NCBI GenBank assembly: GCA_021786105.1
Contig: JAJYNW010000010.1
Span: 35,330-99,329, forward strand
Origin: a bacterium
GTDB lineage: Bacteria > Patescibacteriota > Microgenomatia > Daviesbacterales > UBA10151
DNA length: 64,000 nucleotides
Reading direction: 5' to 3'
Shown here piece after piece: positions 9,643 through 17,937 of this stretch. Position numbers and translations under genes: made by a program. The notes under the pieces were generated by a model. The model was not told the DNA's origin, did no database searches, and worked only from the letters and a program-made list of their open reading frames with translations. The number at the start of each line of letters is the position of its first letter. The stretch's first letter is position 1.

Positions 9643-10161
9643 ATGACAGCAGAGTTTGAACAATTACCGACAACCCATTTTTTAGTAAGACAAGGAATAA
9701 TTGGATCAGGAAATTCAGTGTTGCCTTGGAAAGGGCGAATTTTTGAGAGAGTTCCTATTAATGTAACAGTGAATTGGAAACCAGGAATTACAGATGTAGA
9801 AATTAGCAATCAATTTGTTGCAGAGAGATTGCAGATCAGAGAAGTATTTGCTGATATGGTTATGCTAAGGCAAAATGCGTTTGGTATAAAAGGAATCATT
9901 CTGGAGCCAGACAACAAAGATTTTGACTGGTATTTTGGTTCTTTTGACCCAAATTCTCGTGATCTTTATTTAAAAAGAGAGGGCCGCGATTGGATAACAG
10001 TACCTACAAATATTGGAAGCTTTCCACAAAGAATAGTAGCTGATATTGATAGAGAGAAAACAGAAAGATATTTACCTAAAGGGGGAACAGTGGATGAAGC
10101 TATTGAAGCATTTATGAGAATTAGAAGAATAATAGAATCTGCAATTCCGTTTACAACCTAA
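9643..10161 (+). CDS. Hypothetical protein
   Basis: ORF with own promoter (TTGACA 9604-9609, 17 bp, TAAACT 9627-9632); ATG 9643 preferred. Confidence 0.65.
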   Translation: MTAEFEQLPTTHFLVRQGIIGSGNSVLPWKGRIFERVPINVTVNWKPGITDVEISNQFVAERLQIREVFADMVMLRQNAFGIKGIILEPDNKDFDWYFGSFDPNSRDLYLKREGRDWITVPTNIGSFPQRIVADIDREKTERYLPKGGTVDEAIEAFMRIRRIIESAIPFTT

Positions 10162-10212
10162 TTTATTTCCTGATTTTTATTTTCTTCACGGCTGTGAACA
10201 TTTTGGAAATCA

Positions 10213-10329
10213 AGATTGCTTTGTCGCTTTTTGTCATCGCGAGACCAGAAGCGACAAAATAGCCAATGGTTGTGGTATATTTTGTATAAAATCCTTAGGT
10301 GTAGCTACACTTCCACCTCGGAGGTGGAA
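10213..10329. repeat. Cluster of degenerate palindromic repeats
   Basis: AGATTGCT.., stem TTTGTCGCTT/AAGCGACAAA with TGTCATCGCGAG in its loop, GTGTAGCTACAC (10299-10310), TTCCACCTCGGAGGTGGAA (10311-10329). Confidence 0.6.
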
Positions 10330-10382
10330 TCAGAATTACATAGATAGTTTTGAGCGGTTGAATTGTGGTAAACTAGATCCTT

Positions 10383-11081
10383 GTGGAAACTGAAGTTATT
10401 ACAATTGACGGGCCGACCAGTTCCGGGAAAAACAGCGTGGGTTTTTTACTGGCGCAAAAATTAGGCTACCAATATATTGATTCCGGTTCAATTTACCGGG
10501 CCGGCAGTATTTTCGTTTTGCGGAACAATATTTCCCCAGATAGCGAAAAAGTTGCGGAAGTTTTCAAAAATCTGCAAATAGAAACTAAAACTCAAGATCA
10601 TGAGGTGAGGTTTTTGGTAAATGGGGAAGATATCACAGATCATTTGCATGATCCCGAGGTGACTAAAACTGTTCCAATTGTTGCTGCTATTGGGGAGGTT
10701 AGAGAAGAGGTTAAAAAAATCCAATACAATTTAGTAAATTCTAAAAATACGGTTATGACCGGTAGGGATATCGGTTCAGAAATTTTTCCCGATGCCATGC
10801 ATAAGTTTTATTTAACTGCTTCAGTTGAAGTAAGAGCCCAAAGGCGTTTTAAGCAGTTAGTGGAAAAAGATCCAAAAGTAAAATATGAGGAAATTTTGAA
10901 GAGTATGGAAGACAGGGATGAGAAGGATATGACTAGAGAGGTGTCCCCCTTACGGATTCCGGAAGATGCGGTGGTGATAGATAACTCGGATTTAACTATT
11001 GAACAAACAGTGGAAAAGATGTTGAAGTATATACAATCAAATGTCATTGCGAACGAAGTGAAGCAATCTGGGTCGGGTTAA
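10383..11081 (+). CDS. cmk: Cytidylate kinase
   Basis: ITIDGPTSSGK, YIDSGSIYR, GRDIG, RDEKDMTREVSPL; C-terminal tail repeat-derived. Confidence 0.95.
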   Translation: METEVITIDGPTSSGKNSVGFLLAQKLGYQYIDSGSIYRAGSIFVLRNNISPDSEKVAEVFKNLQIETKTQDHEVRFLVNGEDITDHLHDPEVTKTVPIVAAIGEVREEVKKIQYNLVNSKNTVMTGRDIGSEIFPDAMHKFYLTASVEVRAQRRFKQLVEKDPKVKYEEILKSMEDRDEKDMTREVSPLRIPEDAVVIDNSDLTIEQTVEKMLKYIQSNVIANEVKQSGSG

Positions 11082-11124
11082 ACATTAACTAGATTGCTTC
11101 GTCACTCCGTTCCTCGCAATGGCA
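11042..11124. repeat. Full two-armed palindromic element spanning the cmk stop
   Basis: TGTCATTGCGAACGAAGTGAAGCAATCT...AGATTGCTTCGTCACTCCGTTCCTCGCAATGGCA. Confidence 0.9.
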
Positions 11125-11136
11125 AGGAGTAGTTCT

Positions 11137-12402
11137 ATGCATAAGATGTTTACATTAAAAAATGGCTTAACGGTGATGACCATAGATATGCCACATCTCG
11201 ATTCGTTAACTACGTTGGTAGCCATAGGAGCGGGTTCAAGGTACGAGCAAAAAAGAACCAATGGTATTTCTCATTTTTTGGAGCACATGTTTTTCAAAGG
11301 ATCGGTAAAATACCCCACCGCCGAACAGATTGCTACTTTAGTTGACGGCATCGGGGCAGTTAATAATGCTGCAACTGACAAAGAAATTACTTATTATTGG
11401 ATTAAATCATCAGCCAAAAATGTCAAGTTAGCTTCCGATCTTCTTTCTTCGATGATCAAGGAATCACTGCTTGCAGAGGAAGAAATAGAACGCGAAAAAG
11501 GAGTGATTGTGGAAGAGCTGAGGATGTACCGGGATAACCCGACCAGGTATGTTTGGGAATTGTATGAAAGATTGCAGTTTGGGAACCAGCCTTTAGGTTG
11601 GGATATCGGAGGGGATGAAAAAACAGTTACCAATATCAGCCGACAAGATTTAATTTCTTATATGGATTCGCTTTATTCCCCTAAAAATATAGCACTTATT
11701 TACGTCGGGAAATTACCAGAAGATATTAGAAAAATTGCCCAAGAGTATTTTGCAGATTTACCTGAACGGTCAGAGTATTCTCCCAAAGCCTATCAGAGGA
11801 AGAAGCAAATCGAGCCGAAAGCCAGGGCCTTTTATAAAGCTACGGATCAGGCAAACCTGGTTTTAGGAATGGAAGGTTTTGATCGTTATGATGACAAACG
11901 TTATCCTGCCAAGGTTTTAGCCTCAATCTTAGGAGAGGGAATGTCTTCGAGATTATTTATTCAGGTTAGGGAACGAAGAGGTTTGGCTTATCATATTAGT
12001 GCCCACCACAGCAGCTATAAAGATATCGGTACTTTTACTGTTTATGCCGGATTGAAACTGGAAAAAGTGTATGAAGGGTTAGAAGTAATTTTAGCAGAGT
12101 TGCAAATTTTGACTTCCGAAAAAGTGACAGATGATGAGCTTAAAAAAGCCAAGGAAATGATTAGAGGGAGAATTGCTTTGCAGTCCGAGTCCACTAATTT
12201 CTTGGCGGAATATTTTGGCACTAACTTTGTTTTGGATAGAAAAGTTGAAACCTTTGATGAAATTTTGAAAAAGGTTGACAAAACTACTAAAGAAGATATA
12301 CAAAATCTGGCGCAAGAATTATTTGTCAAAAATAAGTATAACCTGCAGGTTATCGGTCCTTTTAAAAATGCCAATAAATTTGAGATTATCTTAAACAAGT
12401 AA
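11137..12402 (+). CDS. M16 (pitrilysin-family) zinc peptidase
   Basis: HFLEH inverted zinc motif, SSRLFIQVRERRGLAY; start 11137 after AAGGAG (alternative 11119 is inside the repeat). Confidence 0.92.
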   Translation: MHKMFTLKNGLTVMTIDMPHLDSLTTLVAIGAGSRYEQKRTNGISHFLEHMFFKGSVKYPTAEQIATLVDGIGAVNNAATDKEITYYWIKSSAKNVKLASDLLSSMIKESLLAEEEIEREKGVIVEELRMYRDNPTRYVWELYERLQFGNQPLGWDIGGDEKTVTNISRQDLISYMDSLYSPKNIALIYVGKLPEDIRKIAQEYFADLPERSEYSPKAYQRKKQIEPKARAFYKATDQANLVLGMEGFDRYDDKRYPAKVLASILGEGMSSRLFIQVRERRGLAYHISAHHSSYKDIGTFTVYAGLKLEKVYEGLEVILAELQILTSEKVTDDELKKAKEMIRGRIALQSESTNFLAEYFGTNFVLDRKVETFDEILKKVDKTTKEDIQNLAQELFVKNKYNLQVIGPFKNANKFEIILNK

Positions 12403-12409
12403 ATAAAAG

Positions 12410-13657
12410 ATGAATACTTTTGACTCTGCGCTTTCAAGGCTTACGCAGGCAGCAAAATATGAGTCTTTGCCGGAGTGGTTTTTAGAAACTTTATCTGTTC
12501 CTGAAAGGACTATCCAATTAAATTTTCCAGTCAAAAGAGATTCAGGAAAAATTGAGATAATGAGTGGTTACCGGGTTCAATACAATAATTTGTTAGGTCC
12601 TTACAAAGGCGGTTTGCGTTTTCATACTAAGGTAGATATGGATGAAGTTAAGTCTTTGGCTTTTTGGATGATGATTAAAAATGCCGTAATCAATATTCCT
12701 TTTGGCGGCGGTAAGGGCGGAGTCGAAGTTAATCCGAAAGATTTATCCAAGGCAGAACTGGAAAGATTAACCAGGCAATTTACCAAAAAATTAGCTCCGA
12801 ATATTGGTCCCTATACGGATGTGCCGGCACCGGATGTGAACACCAATGCCAAAATTATGGATTGGATAACTGATGAGTTTAGAGTCAGGAGCGAAGAACT
12901 AAAAATTAAATACAATGAGAATGAATCAAAGGCAGTAGTGACGGGAAAGTCGGTAGAGAACGGCGGATCCTTAGGGCGGGAAGAGGCAACGGGACTGGGG
13001 GGATTTTTTGTGCTAGAGCAGCTGATTAAAAAGTTAGATTTTAATAAGCCGTTAACTGTGGCAGTACAGGGTTTTGGAAATGTTGGTTCGCATATGGCGG
13101 CGCTGCTTTTTGAAAATGGTTATAAAGTTGTCGGACTTTCTGATTCCAAGGGAGGAATTGTTGAACAATCGGGCAAAGGTTTTAACGTTAATTCAGTAAA
13201 AAGTTGTAAGCTAGAAAAAGGCTTAATCAGCAGTTGCTCTCCCATCAATATTTCTAATGAAGAGTTATTTGAAATGGAGGTAGATATTTTAATTCCGGCT
13301 GCTTTGGAAAATGTTATAACTTCTGAAAACGCCAATAAAATAAAAGCCAAAATTGTTTTTGAGATGGCCAACGGGCCGGTGATGGCAGAGGCTGATGAGA
13401 TTTTAAAAGAAAAGGGAATTATTGTTGTGCCGGATGTTTTGGCCAATTCCGGAGGGGTGACTGTATCGTATTTTGAATGGTTGCAGAATATTGAAGGTAA
13501 AAAGTGGACTTTGGAAGAAGTCAATAAAAAACTGCAAGAAAAAATGGAAACGGCTTTTGAAGAAGTCTGGAAGATGTATGCGGAGAAAAAAGTAGATCTG
13601 AGAACTGCAGCTTATGTTTTAGCGTTGCAAAGATTAGCGCAAAAAGCGGGCCTCTAA
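12410..13657 (+). CDS. gdhA: Glutamate dehydrogenase (Glu/Leu/Phe/Val family)
   Basis: GPYKGGLRF, GGGKGG, DVPAPDVNT, QGFGNVG, PDVLANSGGVTVSYFEW. Confidence 0.93.
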   Translation: MNTFDSALSRLTQAAKYESLPEWFLETLSVPERTIQLNFPVKRDSGKIEIMSGYRVQYNNLLGPYKGGLRFHTKVDMDEVKSLAFWMMIKNAVINIPFGGGKGGVEVNPKDLSKAELERLTRQFTKKLAPNIGPYTDVPAPDVNTNAKIMDWITDEFRVRSEELKIKYNENESKAVVTGKSVENGGSLGREEATGLGGFFVLEQLIKKLDFNKPLTVAVQGFGNVGSHMAALLFENGYKVVGLSDSKGGIVEQSGKGFNVNSVKSCKLEKGLISSCSPINISNEELFEMEVDILIPAALENVITSENANKIKAKIVFEMANGPVMAEADEILKEKGIIVVPDVLANSGGVTVSYFEWLQNIEGKKWTLEEVNKKLQEKMETAFEEVWKMYAEKKVDLRTAAYVLALQRLAQKAGL

Positions 13658-14155
13658 ATTTTTTTTGATTTGTAAGGAAATAAAGATTGCCACAATTGCT
13701 GTTACAAATCCTCCCAATATATCCAAAGGATAATGTACGCCGACAAAAATCCTTGATAGTCCTACCCAACACATGATAAACAATAAAAGCAGTGACCACC
13801 TGGATTTGAAATAAGTATAGGCAAAAGCCAATACAGCAGTAATGGCAGCATGATGGGAGGGAAAGGAGGCGCCTGCTTTTTCGGGAACAATAGGGGTGAA
13901 ATGAAAATTGGCAAAAGGTCTGGGTTCAAAAAAGAAAAGGTGGATGATAACAATCAGTAAAAGGGCTATGGGTACGCTGACTAAAATTAATAACAGGGCT
14001 TTTTTCTCGCGGATGCTGCCTTTAATTCCCAGAATTAAAACCAGTAACAGCGCCAGATAGATCAAGTAAGTGGCACCAAACACCATTAATTTATCTAGGA
14101 CTGGAAAGCGTCCGTTTAAATTAAATATTTGAAAGAAAAGGCTAACGTTGTCCAT
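13634..14155 (-). CDS. PAP2-family phosphatase (undecaprenyl-PP phosphatase-like)
   Basis: RPF, SFPSHH, SRIFVGVHYPLD motifs; adjacent to dgkA. Confidence 0.88.
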   Translation of the reverse strand: MDNVSLFFQIFNLNGRFPVLDKLMVFGATYLIYLALLLVLILGIKGSIREKKALLLILVSVPIALLLIVIIHLFFFEPRPFANFHFTPIVPEKAGASFPSHHAAITAVLAFAYTYFKSRWSLLLLFIMCWVGLSRIFVGVHYPLDILGGFVTAIVAIFISLQIKKNLEARFLR

Positions 14156-14164
14156 TATTTCGCT

Positions 14165-14530
14165 TCAGAATGACAAAATGTAAGGCCAAAAGATTATGAT
14201 CCCCAAAATTGCGGAAGTGATAGCAGCAATTAAAACTGCCCCGGCGGAAATATCTTTGGCATACTTGGCTCTCGGGTGTTCTTTGTCTGTAAATGCATCA
14301 ACTACTGCCTCGACTGCGGTATTGGTTAATTCTACGGAAATGACAAACCCGATTAAGAAGACAATAATTAACCAGTCCTGGCGGGAAAGATTTAAAATGA
14401 GAGAGACGATAATAACAGCTAATCCTGCAACAAAATGAAATTTTAAATTTGGTTCTTCTCTTAAGGCGGCAATAATTCCGGCGCAAGCATATTTAAAAGA
14501 GAGTATTCTCCTGTTTGCCAAATTTTCCAT
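14165..14530 (-). CDS. dgkA: Diacylglycerol/undecaprenol kinase
   Basis: SFKYA..G, ELTNTAVEAVVD, AKDISAGAVL. Confidence 0.92.
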   Translation of the reverse strand: MENLANRRILSFKYACAGIIAALREEPNLKFHFVAGLAVIIVSLILNLSRQDWLIIVFLIGFVISVELTNTAVEAVVDAFTDKEHPRAKYAKDISAGAVLIAAITSAILGIIIFWPYILSF

Positions 14531-14563
14531 AACCTAATTTTAGTATACCATTTTTTAATACAC

Positions 14564-14592
14564 TTGACTCATAGCTTAAATTTGGTTATATT
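14564..14592 (+). promoter_or_regulatory. Sigma70-type promoter of purF (leaderless-type)
   Basis: TTGACT 14564-14569, 17 bp, TATATT 14587-14592; ATG at 14598. Confidence 0.7.
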
Positions 14593-14597
14593 AGGCT

Positions 14598-16016
14598 ATG
14601 GGAAAGAGATTGAAAGAGAAATGTGGAATATTTGGAGTTTATGGAACGGGATTTGAGGCAGCCCGATTAGTTCACCCCGGGCTTTGGGCCTTGCAACATC
14701 GAGGCCAAGAATCTTCCGGAATTGCATCTTCTGACGGTAAAAAGATCTATCTTCATAAAGGCATGGGCTTAGTTTCTCACGTTTTCGGAGAAGAAGACTT
14801 AAAAAAATTAAAAGGATATTTAGCAATTGGTCATAATCGTTATTCCACCTCAGGCGATTCAATTGACTCCCACGCCCAACCAATTTTAGAAAAAATTAAT
14901 GCTAATAAATTCATTGCCTTAGTCCATAACGGCAACCTTCCCTCCACTCAAAAGTTAGCAGAATTCCTAAAGGATAAAAAGGTTAGTGCATCCGGTCTTA
15001 ATGATTCGGAAATGATTACTAAGGCAATTGCAGTTTTAGTCAAAGAAGGTTTAAGTTTGGAAGCGGCTATTAAAAAAGCATACCCTTTATTTACCGGTGT
15101 ATTTTGTTTGTTGATTATGAATGAGGAAAAAATAATTGCGGTCAGGGATGGTTTCGGAATCAGGCCGCTTTGTTTGGGGAAATTAAACGGAGGGTTTATT
15201 GTAGCATCTGAAACCTGTGCCTTAGACATTATCGGAGCCAAATTTTTGCGGGAGGTGAAACCTGGTGAGATGGTTATACTTGATGATAAAGGTTTACAAG
15301 GTGTCCAGATTGAAAAAGGTCAACAAAAGCTGGATGTTTTTGAATATGTCTATTTTGCCAGACCCGACAGTATAATTTTGGGAAAAAGCGTTGATGAAGT
15401 CAGACAGAATTTAGGCAAAGAATTGGCTCGGGAAAATCAGATCAAAGCTGATATGGTCATCCCGGTTCCCGATTCTGCAATACCGGCAGCCATAGGTTTT
15501 TCTAAAGAGTCAAAAATCCCTTTTGAAATGGGCCTTATTAAAAACCGCTATATTCACCGAACTTTTATTTCTCCGGAAGTACATGCCCGTCATAAAATGG
15601 TCCAATTAAAGCTTAACCCGATGCCGCATGTCCTCAAAGGGAAAAAGGTGATTATTATTGATGATTCAATAGTTAGAGGAACAACTTCAAAACAAATTAT
15701 TAAAATGATTAAAGATGCCGGGGCTAAAGAAGTTCATTTATTGGTTTCCTCGCCTCCGGTGAAATTCCCGGATTTTTATGGTATCGATACTCCTAAACAA
15801 AAGGATTTGATCGCGGCAGAAAAAAATATCAAGCAGATTGCCCAGGAGTTAGGGGTAGATTCCTTGCATTATTTATCTTATCAAGGTTTGATAAAAGCCA
15901 TTGGTTTGCCTGAAAATCTACTCTGCACCGCCCTTTTTAATGGCAATTATCCTGTGGATATCGGGGAAAGAAGGAAAGAGATAGTTTATGAAAAAAATAG
16001 CAGTTTTAATATCTAA
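14598..16016 (+). CDS. purF: Amidophosphoribosyltransferase
   Basis: KCGIFG, LQHRGQES, GHNRYST, DDSIVRGTT. Confidence 0.97.
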   Translation: MGKRLKEKCGIFGVYGTGFEAARLVHPGLWALQHRGQESSGIASSDGKKIYLHKGMGLVSHVFGEEDLKKLKGYLAIGHNRYSTSGDSIDSHAQPILEKINANKFIALVHNGNLPSTQKLAEFLKDKKVSASGLNDSEMITKAIAVLVKEGLSLEAAIKKAYPLFTGVFCLLIMNEEKIIAVRDGFGIRPLCLGKLNGGFIVASETCALDIIGAKFLREVKPGEMVILDDKGLQGVQIEKGQQKLDVFEYVYFARPDSIILGKSVDEVRQNLGKELARENQIKADMVIPVPDSAIPAAIGFSKESKIPFEMGLIKNRYIHRTFISPEVHARHKMVQLKLNPMPHVLKGKKVIIIDDSIVRGTTSKQIIKMIKDAGAKEVHLLVSSPPVKFPDFYGIDTPKQKDLIAAEKNIKQIAQELGVDSLHYLSYQGLIKAIGLPENLLCTALFNGNYPVDIGERRKEIVYEKNSSFNI

Positions 16017-17937
16017 CAAAGGTACAGGTACTAATCTACAAGCAATCATTAACGGGGTAGAAAGCGGAAAAATTCCGGCTAAAATTGCAGCGGTAATTTC
16101 TGATACACCTGAAGCGCAAGGTTTAACAAGAGCCAAAAAACACAGACTTCCAATTAAAATAGTTCCGAAAAAAGAAGGACTGTCAGCAGTATTAAAAAAG
16201 CTGAACCCTGATTATATTTGTTTGGCTGGATGGAAACAGATTATTTTGGATGAGGTGATTGAGGCATTTCCTAATCGAATTTTAAATGTTCACCCCGGGC
16301 TTATACCGGATACAATGGACGGAGTTGTTAAAAATCCGGACGGAACCAACGGTCTATGGAATAAAGGGAAAATGACCGATAAGGCCATGCAGAACTTTTT
16401 TGATAATAAGGCAACATATGCCGGTTCAAGCATTCATTTCTTAACTTTGGAATTTGATTTCGGACCGGTATTGGGTAGAGGTTTTGAAGAGATAAGACGC
16501 GGGGATACCGTTGAATCTTTATATTCTAGATTAAAAATCAAAGAGAATAAATTGTATGCAGAGGTTTTGGCAAAACTTTGTTCTTCCCAAACCGTCTTAA
16601 TTATTGATGGAGGCGGAAGAGGGTCAGTGCTGGTTGATAAATACGGGCAAAGCGAACAAATAGGGAAAATTTTAGTTATTCCCGGTAACGATCTGATGCA
16701 AATCAATACCAAAAAGCCGGTGATGACTTACCAACATTTGAAAACTACATCAGTTGACGAAATTTTAGAAATTTGCCAAAAAGAAAAAGTGGATTTAGTG
16801 GATGTAGCTCAGGATAATGCAGTGGAAGTTGGGTTAGTAGATAAGCTGCAAAAAAATAAAATACCGGTAGTTGGTCCAACCAGGTTAGCCGGACAAATCG
16901 AATGGGATAAAGGATGGTCAAGGGATTTTATGAGAAAATATCAAATTGCGCACCCTAAGTATTATGTTTTCTCAACGGAAAAGGATGGAATAAAATTTGC
17001 AGAAGAATCAGAAAACCCTAAATGGTTTGTGAAAGCGGCTGGTTTGGCAGAGGGTAAAGGGGTGATACCGGCAGAGAATAAAAAAGATGTAATTAACGCT
17101 ATCAAGCAAATGAGTAAATTTGGCAGCTCCGGCAAAACTTACTTATTGGAGGAATGGCTAACAGGTGAAGAATTCTCGGCTTTTGCAATTTGCGATGGGA
17201 AAACTTTTAAATTGGTAGGTTTTGCTCAAGACCATAAAAGGGTAGATGATGGCGATCAAGGTCCTAATACCGGAGGGATGGGTTGTGTGTCCAGTCCTTT
17301 AATAGTTGATAAAAATATTAAAAGCCAGATAGAGGAAATCTTTAAAAAAGCTATGGCAGGTTTAAAAAAAGAAAAAAGGCCATACCAAGGAGTTTTGTAT
17401 TTGGGTGGGATAGTAGTTGGAGGAAAAACTTATGTAATTGAATTTAATGCCAGGTGGGGAGATCCGGAGGCAGAAGTAATTGTGCCGTCTATCAAAAATG
17501 ATTTGTTTGATTTATCAAAGGTTATAATTTCGGGAAGGATTAAAGACTTTGATGTCAGAACAGATAACAAAGTTAGAGTGGCAGTAGCGGGTGCAGCAAA
17601 AGGTTATCCGGTTGATTATTCTAAAGTTAAAGGTAAAAAAGTGTTGGGAATTGATAAAGCTATGCAAACAGGAGTTAAAATTTATGGCGCGGGTATTAAA
17701 AAAATTGACGGAGATTTTGTAGTTAATGGTGGCAGGGTTTTATATATGGTGGCGGAAGGAAAGAATATTATGGACGCAAGAGAAAAAGCTTATAAAGCTA
17801 TGAAATTGATAAAAATTGAGGGAGATAACTTGCATTACAGAAAAGATATTGGTTGGAGGGATGTTGAGCGAATGCGAAATCCTGAGCGAGCGAAGCGAGT
17901 CGAAGGAGAAAGGCTGAAAAATGATACAAAAAGTTAG
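15988..17937 (+). CDS. purD: PurN-PurD fusion (GAR transformylase + GAR synthetase)
   Basis: N-terminal IAVLISNKGTGTNLQA..NVHP..DFGP (PurN); C-terminal GLAEGKGV, QDHKR..GPNTGGMG, EFNARWGDPE (PurD). Confidence 0.92.
   Translation: MKKIAVLISNKGTGTNLQAIINGVESGKIPAKIAAVISDTPEAQGLTRAKKHRLPIKIVPKKEGLSAVLKKLNPDYICLAGWKQIILDEVIEAFPNRILNVHPGLIPDTMDGVVKNPDGTNGLWNKGKMTDKAMQNFFDNKATYAGSSIHFLTLEFDFGPVLGRGFEEIRRGDTVESLYSRLKIKENKLYAEVLAKLCSSQTVLIIDGGGRGSVLVDKYGQSEQIGKILVIPGNDLMQINTKKPVMTYQHLKTTSVDEILEICQKEKVDLVDVAQDNAVEVGLVDKLQKNKIPVVGPTRLAGQIEWDKGWSRDFMRKYQIAHPKYYVFSTEKDGIKFAEESENPKWFVKAAGLAEGKGVIPAENKKDVINAIKQMSKFGSSGKTYLLEEWLTGEEFSAFAICDGKTFKLVGFAQDHKRVDDGDQGPNTGGMGCVSSPLIVDKNIKSQIEEIFKKAMAGLKKEKRPYQGVLYLGGIVVGGKTYVIEFNARWGDPEAEVIVPSIKNDLFDLSKVIISGRIKDFDVRTDNKVRVAVAGAAKGYPVDYSKVKGKKVLGIDKAMQTGVKIYGAGIKKIDGDFVVNGGRVLYMVAEGKNIMDAREKAYKAMKLIKIEGDNLHYRKDIGWRDVERMRNPERAKRVEGERLKNDTKS
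17880..17907 (+). repeat. Short repeat unit in frame in the PurN-PurD tail
   Basis: TCCTGAGCGAGCGAAGCGAGTCGAAGGA encodes PERAKRVEG; related to 269-288 and 32681-32700. Confidence 0.75.
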
